Shown in pieces: positions 8,221 to 16,037 of a stretch of DNA of 24,000 nt; position 1 is the stretch's first letter, and the number at the start of each line of letters is the position of its first letter. Made by a program: the position numbers and the translations under genes. The notes under the pieces are model-generated. The model had not been told where the DNA came from. It did not search any database and saw only the letters and a program-made list of their open reading frames with translations. Source of the stretch: Pusillimonas sp. ANT_WB101 (GTDB lineage Bacteria; Pseudomonadota; Gammaproteobacteria; Burkholderiales; Burkholderiaceae_B); assembly GCF_008369125.1 (NCBI RefSeq), contig NZ_VOAY01000001.1:1475545-1499544 (forward strand), read 5' to 3'.

Positions 8221-11200
8221 CTACTCTGCGGTAGTGACCGCTACGGACGCAGCGTGCGTTGACACGGCATCGTCAGCCGCCCCACCAATCAATGGCAATA
8301 AGCGGGACAATACGTTTACCTGACTCATTTGGCTTACTGTGGCCACATCGGTACAAAACAAACTCTCGTTACCTACGACTACTGCCAGCGCCTGGGCACG
8401 CGAAATGGCAACATTGATGCGGTGTATATCAAAGAGAAAATCAATGCCGCGCGGCGACTCTGACGCATCGCTGGTACACAGGCTAAAAAAGACGACAGGT
8501 GCTTCTTGCCCCTGAAACTTGTCGACACTACCTACACGGGCCTGCGGCCCAAGCGCTTGCTGTAGTTTATTAACCTGGTGGTTATAAGGTGCGACAAAAA
8601 GCATGTCATCCCATGTAATGGGCCGCGTGCTGCCGTCCTTGGCAATAAACTGTCGCTGCAGACACTGCGCAGCAAGCTTGGCAATAACTTCAACCTCTTC
8701 ATCGCTGGCCTGCGTGTTTCCCTGATGTGCCATGGGCACAAAGACCACACCCGCGCTCTTGTCTAGATTACCTTCATAGCCTTCTGGCACAATAACTTGC
8801 TGTCGGTCGTTATTGGCGTCAGCCTTTAACTGGCCCTGGTAAATGGCGTGGCTAATATAGTGGTTAACGGCAGAATGCATACGAAACGTCGTATCAAGAA
8901 ACACGCCCATGTGCTCGGGAATAATCGGTGAATCATGCAGCAAATAATCGAGTATCGACAAACCACTGTCTGCCGGGTGTGAACCCTGCGACGGTTGCCC
9001 CAACTGCATTTGATCGCCCATTAACACAAGGTTTTTTGTGGCCCGGCTCATGCCCAACAGGTTGGCCACCGATACCTGCCCGGCCTCATCGATAAACAGA
9101 TAATCGAGCTGGTCCACCATCTCGTCGCGGCAAAAACCCCAGGCTGTGGTTCCAATGACGCAGCCGGGTTCCACGCATGATGCGATGGCTTCGTTCTTGG
9201 TCACTACAATGCCATTGCCCGTGACCTCAGGCCCGGTGTCTTTGGTGCAATAACACTGCACGGCAATCGCTTCCGTACGACAGTACTCGGCGACACCCAC
9301 CAACAGGTTGTTGATTGCCTTGTGGCTATTGCTGCTAATACCGATACGCTTACCTTGCTTTACCAGGTGAGCAATAATGTGTTTACCTGTGTAGGTTTTA
9401 CCCGACCCCGGTGGGCCTTGCAGGGTAAGGTAGCTGCCGTCCAGGCGCTCAACGGCGCTAATCACCTGGGCCAATCGTTCGCCAGGCTCAGACGCCGCGA
9501 CTATCGGGCCGCCATCATGCAACGAGATACGCGGCGGATCACGCCGTAAAAAAGCAAGAATGGCGGCGTCGCCCAAAACACCCTCCTCATAGCGCTTGAC
9601 CATATCGTCAATTGCCTTCTGGATGGCTCCGGGGTTCACGTACTCATCGGGTATCAGCGAGATCAGGTCACCCGGATCATTGGCAGACTGCACCACACAC
9701 AAGCCTTCTTTCAGGTTGGACATGTCCGCCAGGAACGTGACCTTGCGCAACGGCTCTTCCAATAGATACATGGACGACTGACGTGGCGTCTTGAATTCTT
9801 GATTGGGGTTGAAGCGGTATTCGTAGGCCAGATTTCTGGCTCTGGTAGTGGGCTTGAACGCTTCTCGCCCAGTACGGCGGCAGTTGGCAAGACAATCAAT
9901 ATCGTCTTCAAGCTCGTCATGACTCAAGCCCAGGCGATCAAACAAGCGCCAAAAAGTGGGCTTGCTTTCACGACGATGAAACTCAAGCATCCACGCCAGG
10001 TTCTCGGTAATACGCGCCTGATCTTCAGGTTCTGTCTCGGCTCGCGCTAATAAACGGTCACGGCGTTGGGTGCGTTCCGTGATTTCGTCGCTGGTTGGTG
10101 GTTCTATCAGCTCGAGCTGGCCGCTGTAAACAAGGCCATGAACGTGCTGCTGCTCACGCAACCAGATGGTAAGTTCTTGCGTTGAGTTGCAGTCATCAAT
10201 GTTGTAGTCGCGAATGTCTTTCAAGATGGCCGACGTTTGCCAGGTATTGCCTTCTTGCCCTTGCTGGTGCAGGTTGCGCCACTGCTCGTAAACAACGACT
10301 GAGTCTCCGCCGCTACCCACCGCTGTGTCGCGTTTGCCGCGATATAAGTGCTCAATATTCTTGATCGAATACTTGGGTTCACCAACGCGAAGGCCGCCCT
10401 TCACGATTTTGTACAAATCTATAAATACATTGTTGCGCAACAGCTGATCAACCTCGTGCTCACCAATGCCGTAACGCCCCATCAACCGCCGGCACGCGGC
10501 GATCTCATAGTTGGCGTAGTGGTAAATGTGCATGGTCGGGTCACGTAGCCAGCGCTCATACACCCAGTGGATAAAATCACTGAATGCCTGTTTTTCTTGC
10601 TCGCGGTCATGTGCCCAGAAATCCTTGAACTGGCGTTGACCGGCGTCATCCAGGTAGGTGCAGCCCCATAAATACTCAAGCCCGCCCTCATCCAGCGGAA
10701 ACCCTTCAATATCGAAAAACACATCCAGATCAGAATGCGGGGGCAACAGCACAAGCCCTGCTTCAGGTTGTTCAGGGTCTGGCGGCAGCACTTCAAACAA
10801 CGGCTTTTCTTGGCCTTGGCTGGCTAACTGAATAGCCGCCTGCGCCTTGAGTTTTGCCATGGTTTCGCTGCTGACACCGCGCACATGCTCAGCCTTTGCG
10901 TCAATGAGTTGCCGGCATGTAGAAATACCTGCCCGGTTTAGTTTTTTGACCTGAGAGCGCGAAATATTGGCTACAAGTGAAAGGTGGTCTTTATCTTGCA
11001 GTAACTGCGCGGCGTATTCAGACCATCGGCCATGGCTTTTTGAATCAGCCGGGTCAGGCATGGCTGTGGAATCAAAAGCTTCTTGCTCCGCCAGAAAGCG
11101 GGCCTTTAGGGCCAGGTAATAGTAGAAGTAGTTTTCGGTCTTCAGGCGCATGCATTCTTGATTACCCAGAGCAACCACAATGTGGTCGGCACGCCGCCCT

Positions 11201-11706
11201 TGCAAGGCCTGGAGCATTTCTACATAACAGCAAAGCTGAACTACAAAATACGGCTTAACCGAGGACGCCAGCTTGGTGTCCCACACTTCGTAATGGTAAT
11301 CGCCTAACGTGCTGGCGCCAGCCACCTTAACCAGAAAATCGGCATGGCCTCTAAACGGCGGCAACTGCAATACAGCCTGATAGATAACATCAGCGCCAGA
11401 CTGCATGGCTTCATGGGTTGCCTGCAGTTTTACAGCGATATTTTTGTTGGCACCGTCGCCCACACTACCTATATCAACAACCCGGAGGCCTTGGGCCTGA
11501 AACTGGCCCAACAGCCCACTTTCATGAACCAGCCCTTTTTCAGCCAGCATGGTATTCAGGGCATCATCCTCATCCCGCTGTGGTGCATCTTGCGGACACT
11601 CCAGTGCCCATCGCGTCATCCACGAGGCGAATGGGCTAGCCATGAAGGTGGTCAAATCGCTTGGGGAGAAAACGAGGTCTTGCTGGTTTCTATACATATA
11701 TGGCAC
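8221..11706 (-). CDS. Multidomain nuclease-helicase: N-terminal PD-(D/E)XK RecB/Cas4-like nuclease (TM0106-type), RNase-H-like module, and C-terminal SF1 Upf1/Dna2-like helicase (AAA_11/AAA_12-type)
   Basis: 1161-aa ORF. Nuclease motifs GHADFLV, YEVWDTKLA and QLCCYVEML (QxxxY). DVFFDIEGFP ... HIYHYANYE is an RNase-H-like exonuclease-fold signature. Walker A LQGPPGSGKTY is encoded at about 9394-9417 and Walker B LFIDEAGQ at 9076-9099. Later helicase motifs are GDQMQLGQP, TTFRMH, VDKFQGQEAPVVFFSL and NVAISRAQ. The start is GTG 11706 or ATG 11697. Confidence 0.85.
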   Translation of the reverse strand: MPYMYRNQQDLVFSPSDLTTFMASPFASWMTRWALECPQDAPQRDEDDALNTMLAEKGLVHESGLLGQFQAQGLRVVDIGSVGDGANKNIAVKLQATHEAMQSGADVIYQAVLQLPPFRGHADFLVKVAGASTLGDYHYEVWDTKLASSVKPYFVVQLCCYVEMLQALQGRRADHIVVALGNQECMRLKTENYFYYYLALKARFLAEQEAFDSTAMPDPADSKSHGRWSEYAAQLLQDKDHLSLVANISRSQVKKLNRAGISTCRQLIDAKAEHVRGVSSETMAKLKAQAAIQLASQGQEKPLFEVLPPDPEQPEAGLVLLPPHSDLDVFFDIEGFPLDEGGLEYLWGCTYLDDAGQRQFKDFWAHDREQEKQAFSDFIHWVYERWLRDPTMHIYHYANYEIAACRRLMGRYGIGEHEVDQLLRNNVFIDLYKIVKGGLRVGEPKYSIKNIEHLYRGKRDTAVGSGGDSVVVYEQWRNLHQQGQEGNTWQTSAILKDIRDYNIDDCNSTQELTIWLREQQHVHGLVYSGQLELIEPPTSDEITERTQRRDRLLARAETEPEDQARITENLAWMLEFHRRESKPTFWRLFDRLGLSHDELEDDIDCLANCRRTGREAFKPTTRARNLAYEYRFNPNQEFKTPRQSSMYLLEEPLRKVTFLADMSNLKEGLCVVQSANDPGDLISLIPDEYVNPGAIQKAIDDMVKRYEEGVLGDAAILAFLRRDPPRISLHDGGPIVAASEPGERLAQVISAVERLDGSYLTLQGPPGSGKTYTGKHIIAHLVKQGKRIGISSNSHKAINNLLVGVAEYCRTEAIAVQCYCTKDTGPEVTGNGIVVTKNEAIASCVEPGCVIGTTAWGFCRDEMVDQLDYLFIDEAGQVSVANLLGMSRATKNLVLMGDQMQLGQPSQGSHPADSGLSILDYLLHDSPIIPEHMGVFLDTTFRMHSAVNHYISHAIYQGQLKADANNDRQQVIVPEGYEGNLDKSAGVVFVPMAHQGNTQASDEEVEVIAKLAAQCLQRQFIAKDGSTRPITWDDMLFVAPYNHQVNKLQQALGPQARVGSVDKFQGQEAPVVFFSLCTSDASESPRGIDFLFDIHRINVAISRAQALAVVVGNESLFCTDVATVSQMSQVNVLSRLLPLIGGAADDAVSTHAASVAVTTAE

Positions 11707-11859
11707 ATACCGCTACGCGTATGTGGAAGACAGTCAGGAGCGAATGCCTTACCGACACTTCAATTGGGAGGCATGCCCGAGAAAAATGAGCGTCACCTTG
11801 TCACTTTGGTCGGTGATACAGACGAAAACACCAACGATGGGAGCGATCAATACCTCACT

Positions 11860-12171
11860 CTAGCGCGGGCAATCAAAATTATAGGTGCCTACGGGCTTGC
11901 CATTTTCGGCGAACTTTAGCTCAATTTGGCACTTGTCTTCGTTGCTGACACTTATCGAAAAGCGCGACAAGGCCGTTGCCTGGTTTGCCACCACCTGCAC
12001 CCCACCACTTTGGCTTACTTGCGACGAGCCACCGCGACCTTCTTTTTTGGCATTTAGCGCGTACTCAAGCTTGCCACTTTTGTCGCTTTTAACGTAGGGA
12101 ATAACCACGCTTGGATGCGTGTCAGGTACGGTTTCGAGCCAAACCTGTAGATTGAAGTCAGCCACCATCAT
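11860..12171 (-). CDS. CsgC/CsgH-like small beta-protein lacking a signal peptide (putative curli amyloid-inhibitor homologue)
   Basis: AGGAG SD (12178-12182) sits 6 nt before ATG 12171. An in-frame TAA at 12190-12192 blocks any N-terminal extension. By-eye ungapped alignment to E. coli CsgC (from memory): VIPYV vs IIPEV, KEG vs REG, and ANQATALSRFSISVSNEDKCQIEL vs ANQPIALTKLSLNISPDDRVKIVV, all with identical spacings. It occupies the csgC position downstream of csgA. Confidence that this is a real CDS is higher (about 0.75) than confidence in the family call. Confidence 0.5.
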   Translation of the reverse strand: MMVADFNLQVWLETVPDTHPSVVIPYVKSDKSGKLEYALNAKKEGRGGSSQVSQSGGVQVVANQATALSRFSISVSNEDKCQIELKFAENGKPVGTYNFDCPR

Positions 12172-12296
12172 TATGTGCTCCTGAAAACATTACTTTAGTT
12201 TATTTCAATTAGGGACGGTGCTCTATTGGAACGTGTTCCGTGCATGATGAACGCGATGCCGTATGGGGCGGGTGAAGATCGCCCCCCCGTCCTGTG

Positions 12297-12337
12297 AAAA
12301 AAGAAAAAAAGGGAGTGCGCCACTGCGGCACACTCCC
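12297..12337 (-). terminator. Rho-independent terminator of curli locus 1
   Basis: Minus-strand RNA reads GGGAGUGUGCC-GCAGU-GGCGCACUCCC (11-bp stem with one G-U pair), followed by UUUUUUUCUUUUUU. It lies 30 nt after the csgA-1 stop codon. Confidence 0.85.
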
Positions 12338-12367
12338 TCTCCTACTACATCATTACATAAGAATAGC

Positions 12368-13540
12368 TTACATCTGAATGGCTGTAGCGACGTTGCCATT
12401 ACCACTTTGAGTGACGGTGGCTACGCCTGAAACAGTAGTACTCGACTGGGAGACATAAGCTGCATTCAAGTTGCCCGACTGCATTACATTAGCTGTCTGA
12501 ATGATGCCTGCGCCATTACCCGACTGATTAACGACAGCCAGCTCAAGAAAGCCAGACTGTGTCACATTAGCGATATGGCCTTTACCACCCTGTGTGATGA
12601 ACGCTGCCTCAAGGCTACCGGACTGGATCACATTGGCTTGAAGTACAGCACCACTTTGATCGACGTGCGCGGTGTTCAAAGCGCCCGACTGTGTCACATT
12701 AGCGTCATTGTAGCTGCCGACCTGCGAGACATTAGCTGTATTGCCAAAGCCTGATTGGATGACAGTAGCCGTCTCCATCGACCCGCGCTGGTAGATATCG
12801 GCTGTATGGCGCGCGCCTGACTGATCTATAGTGGCGGTTTTAGGAAGGTTAGAACCTACCTGAGTGATCGAAGAAGAGTCGTGATCGCCGGTATCCGTAA
12901 TGGAAGCGGTGTTATAGCCTTGCGACGGGTTAAATTGTGCGCTCTGATCAATGATGGCATTGCCATTTGTGGCGCCATTTTGTTCAATCGTTGCCGTTTG
13001 ATAAGAGCCGACTTGGGTGATGGAGGCATTGTTGTCGCTACCGTAACCACCGTAAGAGTTGGCATTGATCGTGGCGACTAGCTTAGTACCGTCCTGCTGG
13101 CTGATGGTACCTGTATTTGAATTACCGTTTTGATAAATCAAACCATAAACGCCAGGATCGCTGCCAGCAGGTGCGCCGACATTGCTCTGGGTTATGCTCC
13201 CTGTGTTGCGGCTACCCCAATTGGTGATATGCCCCTGTGCACCATTGCCATTATCGACTTGGGTGATTGAGCTTGTGTTGCGGTTGGCACCAGGAAGCTC
13301 ATTTATGACAGCGTTCGCGAAGCTAACGTTACCGTCTTGACCGATTGTGCCGGTGTTGCGGTTGCCCTGTTGGTTGATGGTCGCTGTGTTATTTCCCAAG
13401 TGCGAATTTTCCTGCTGGGCGGTAGCAGTATTCAGCGATCCTGGCTGGTCGATGACGATGCTGGAGCTGGCGGCCATTGATGTGCCGGCACCAAAGGCGA
13501 GGGTCAGGCCCAGCGCCAGAGCTGATAAATTGGTTTTCAT
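12368..13540 (-). CDS. csgA: Giant curlin-repeat fibre subunit (CsgA-like), locus 1
   Basis: The start MKTNLSALALGLTLAFGAGTSMA (ATG 13540) is a signal peptide; the ORF-track start at 13597 is likely too long. About 29-30 tandem strand units of about 11 residues carry the curlin signature (A-x-[VI]-x-Q-x-G-x-x-N/x), e.g. ATIDQSGARHT ADIYQRGSMET ATVIQSGFGNT ANVSQVGSYND ANVTQSGALNT. Confidence 0.85.
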   Translation of the reverse strand: MKTNLSALALGLTLAFGAGTSMAASSSIVIDQPGSLNTATAQQENSHLGNNTATINQQGNRNTGTIGQDGNVSFANAVINELPGANRNTSSITQVDNGNGAQGHITNWGSRNTGSITQSNVGAPAGSDPGVYGLIYQNGNSNTGTISQQDGTKLVATINANSYGGYGSDNNASITQVGSYQTATIEQNGATNGNAIIDQSAQFNPSQGYNTASITDTGDHDSSSITQVGSNLPKTATIDQSGARHTADIYQRGSMETATVIQSGFGNTANVSQVGSYNDANVTQSGALNTAHVDQSGAVLQANVIQSGSLEAAFITQGGKGHIANVTQSGFLELAVVNQSGNGAGIIQTANVMQSGNLNAAYVSQSSTTVSGVATVTQSGNGNVATAIQM

Positions 13541-13606
13541 AATGTTATCTCTCGCTATAAGTGTAGGCCGAAAATAAAGAAGCAACCCAGTGGCCATTAG
13601 GCTAGG

Positions 13607-14140
13607 TTACGGTTGAACAACTGTGAAAGAGCCACCAAAACCGATCTGCGTAACAGCGATGGTTTGGTTTCCCAACTGCGTAATATCGATTTGATTGTGG
13701 CCGCCAATTTGTGCGGCGGCGGCGGTGTTTCCGCCGTTGTTCTGATTAATATTGATTTGGTTTTGGAAACCCATCTGGCCGGTGGCCGCCAGATTTCCAT
13801 CCCCATTTTGAGTAATGCGTGCCGAGTTATCGGCGCCGAACAATTGCACGACTGCTGCCATGTTGTCAGAACCATTCTGCAGAATCTGTGCTTCGCTATT
13901 GACGCTCGCAGATGTTTGCAGAATCCGTGCATGCTGGTTGGCACCGCTGCCCTGGGTAATTAACGCCTTGTTCACCTGGCCACTTTGGGATATGGTTGCG
14001 GTCGAACTGTTGGTGCCGGAAAGCTCGCTGGGTGCCAGATCCATCATCGAACCCAGATCAGAGGCATAGGCGCCCGACGCGAGCACGCAAACACTTGCCA
14101 CAAGCGCTAAACGAATACGTTGAATACGTTTGTTATTCAT
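13607..14140 (-). CDS. csgB: Curlin-repeat protein, CsgB-like (nucleator by position), locus 1
   Basis: 177 aa with signal peptide ...VCVLASGAYA. About 11 curlin strand units (ATISQSGQVNK ALITQGSGANQH ARILQ... IDITQLGNQTI AVTQIG). Its ATG overlaps the csgG stop codon (ATGA 14137-14140). It precedes the csgA-like gene, as in csgBA. Confidence 0.8.
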   Translation of the reverse strand: MNNKRIQRIRLALVASVCVLASGAYASDLGSMMDLAPSELSGTNSSTATISQSGQVNKALITQGSGANQHARILQTSASVNSEAQILQNGSDNMAAVVQLFGADNSARITQNGDGNLAATGQMGFQNQININQNNGGNTAAAAQIGGHNQIDITQLGNQTIAVTQIGFGGSFTVVQP

Positions 14141-15108
14141 GGATTACTCCAGGAAAGAGATTTGTAGTCAGCAGCAGCGAAATCAGTTCCGTTGGCTGCC
14201 CCGCTTACGGTCTTCGACGGAACTTCCTCTACATAGGTGCTCTCTTTATTCAAATAATGCTGAATAACAGGGTTGTCCCAGTCTTGCGGGTTCTTCAGTA
14301 CCCACAAATTGTCTTTAACGCCACCCACGATTAAGTGCGCAACTGCCGCTTCAACCGCTTCTTGCACGCACAGCTGCGCGGGCTCGTTGCTGGTAATGCC
14401 GCCTTCAATTTGAAGCAAGTCGTTGAAGTTCACGAACTTGAAGACGCTAGGATGTATCTCGTAGGAATAGATGGTTTTGGTAGTGGAAACGCTTTGCAAA
14501 ACCTCGCCGGTATTGACGTCAACGCTGCGCAAATTAATGCCCACCTGATCCACCCGGTACTGCGCCGATGCACCTACGCCCAAGAACTGCGCACCCAGGC
14601 CCCCCGTGCGAACGTTGCTGTCGTACGAAACAATTCCACCATTAAGCACAATGGAAGCTGGCATAAGGTTAGGAACCCTGACCTTAGACTGCCCATTGCC
14701 GGAGTCCTCGTCATCGATGGCCCGTATCACACGTCTTTCGGTAAGCAGCGACTGCAGATCTTCGCGCTCAACCGGAATAAACCAGCCTGAATCCTTAAGC
14801 GCCTTGATCAGCATAGAGCCAGCGCCTTGCGTGACTGCCGTGGAAAAGGCACTTTCTGGTGAGGGCTTGTACTGCCCGGTCTGATCACGAAAGCCATATA
14901 CAGCCACAACCACCTTGCCTTTGGGCGGAGGAAACTCCAGCAGATCGCGGGTCGCTTTGGTGGGCGGCGTTAAGTGCGCCTCGTTGTGGGTGCCGGAGGG
15001 CGGTACATAAGCGCACGCTCCCAGTAAAACACTTGCCAGTGTGCAGGCAATAGCTACTTTCGTGCGACGGTGCCACGCTGGTGCTTGGGGTGAGTTGTGT
15101 AATTTCAT
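14137..15108 (-). CDS. csgG: Curli secretion channel lipoprotein CsgG, locus 1
   Basis: Lipobox LLGAC. Unmistakable CsgG core: KGKVVVAVYGFRDQTGQYKPSPESAFSTAVTQGAGSMLIKALKDSGWFIPVEREDLQSLLTERRVIRA... SYDSNVRTGG. It has a C-terminal tail of about 35 aa beyond the conserved core. Confidence 0.95.
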   Translation of the reverse strand: MKLHNSPQAPAWHRRTKVAIACTLASVLLGACAYVPPSGTHNEAHLTPPTKATRDLLEFPPPKGKVVVAVYGFRDQTGQYKPSPESAFSTAVTQGAGSMLIKALKDSGWFIPVEREDLQSLLTERRVIRAIDDEDSGNGQSKVRVPNLMPASIVLNGGIVSYDSNVRTGGLGAQFLGVGASAQYRVDQVGINLRSVDVNTGEVLQSVSTTKTIYSYEIHPSVFKFVNFNDLLQIEGGITSNEPAQLCVQEAVEAAVAHLIVGGVKDNLWVLKNPQDWDNPVIQHYLNKESTYVEEVPSKTVSGAANGTDFAAADYKSLSWSNP

Positions 15109-15578
15109 TATTGACCAAACGTGGAAGAGGAAACCTGAAAGGAGGTCGACTGACCCGTCGTTTTATCGGTCGTCGTAATGGTCAGCAACCCGCTACCCGC
15201 GTCTGCCACAACAATCGTGAAGCTTTCCGTATTCACCGTGCCAGGGATCAGATTGCCACTGTTGTCAAATAACTGTGAAGTCGCTGCGGCCGAAATACGG
15301 CTAAGCATGGATTGCTCCAGCGTCTGATTGAATCGATCTAAAGCCGTTTGTTGGCCCAGCTCCGACTTACCCAGATCTCGCGAAGGCGGCTCGTGCTTGT
15401 TTTGTGCCTGAGCGCTGCCCAGAAGGTAATTACCGTTAAGCGGGTTACCGCCAAAACTAGGGTTCACCGGCGTGTAAATGAGCTGCCCGGCACCGGCTGC
15501 CGAAGCAAGCGTAATCGCTGCGGTGGCCGTCAGGACGCGGACTAATCCAGCGCCATGTTTAATGATTAATATGTTCAC
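15108..15578 (-). CDS. csgF: Curli assembly component CsgF, locus 1
   Basis: LIYTPVNPSFGGNPLNGNYLLGSAQAQNKHEPP matches the CsgF N-terminal pore-binding motif (E. coli: [24 protein letters not shown]). The GTG start lies immediately after the csgE TAA. Its stop overlaps the csgG start (TAATG). Confidence 0.9.
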   Translation of the reverse strand: MNILIIKHGAGLVRVLTATAAITLASAAGAGQLIYTPVNPSFGGNPLNGNYLLGSAQAQNKHEPPSRDLGKSELGQQTALDRFNQTLEQSMLSRISAAATSQLFDNSGNLIPGTVNTESFTIVVADAGSGLLTITTTDKTTGQSTSFQVSSSTFGQ

Positions 15579-16037
15579 TTACATTTCCTCTGGACCCAGG
15601 TCAGGGCTTTTGAATAGCCTGAGCTGTATGTTTAGATTGACGATATTTTTATAGGCGATGGCAACCGCCTCTTTGGCGGCTTCTTTCACGCCAGACCGCG
15701 CTGGCGCAAGAAACGTATGGAAAACACGTTGATCCCTGTAGCTCACCCACATCTCACTACCGTACTGAGGGGTGGCTCGTTCATAAATCGTGATCGTGAA
15801 CTTAGAGTCGGGATACAAAGTTTGCCAACGTTCGGAAAAGCTCTTGTAGAAATCCCACCCCAGAACCGTCATGGTTCGGTTAATAATGATCCCGCCCAGC
15901 GGATCTTTATTGATTTCGCCAGAATCACGGACTACGCCGTTATCCCCAGGCCCGAGCTTAGCTGGTGCCTTCGCGAGTGCGCTCTGACATATCAGGACAG
16001 ACACGATCAAGACGAGCGGTATTCCAAATCGCTGCAC
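15579..16037 (-). CDS. csgE: Curli secretion specificity factor CsgE, locus 1
   Basis: GGIIINRTMTVLGWDFYKSFSERWQ ... WVSYRDQRVFHTFLAP resembles the E. coli CsgE core (HDFYRAFSDKWE ... VIFQTFLFP). I place the start at GTG 16037 (GGAG 8 nt upstream), which gives a 22-aa signal peptide collinear with the paralogue. The ORF-track maximum start is 16046. Confidence 0.85.
   Translation of the reverse strand: MQRFGIPLVLIVSVLICQSALAKAPAKLGPGDNGVVRDSGEINKDPLGGIIINRTMTVLGWDFYKSFSERWQTLYPDSKFTITIYERATPQYGSEMWVSYRDQRVFHTFLAPARSGVKEAAKEAVAIAYKNIVNLNIQLRLFKSPDLGPEEM

Noticed and set aside
11344-11919. 191-aa plus-strand ORF overlapping the 5' end of the nuclease-helicase gene and the downstream spacer
   Set aside because: It is antisense to a gene with clear nuclease motifs. 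It has no SD and no recognisable domains, so it is likely a shadow ORF.
12223-12405. 60-aa minus-strand ORF spanning the csgA-1 stop codon and terminator
   Set aside because: It overlaps the terminator hairpin and U-tract and the 3' end of csgA-1 in another frame. It has no RBS, so it is spurious.
12368-13540. The regular periodicity of about 33 bp inside the csgA-like genes, considered as a possible CRISPR array or non-coding tandem repeat
   Set aside because: The periodicity lies within a long intact ORF that has a signal peptide and curlin motifs. The units are degenerate with no unique spacers, and there is no leader or cas gene. It is a coding repeat, not CRISPR.
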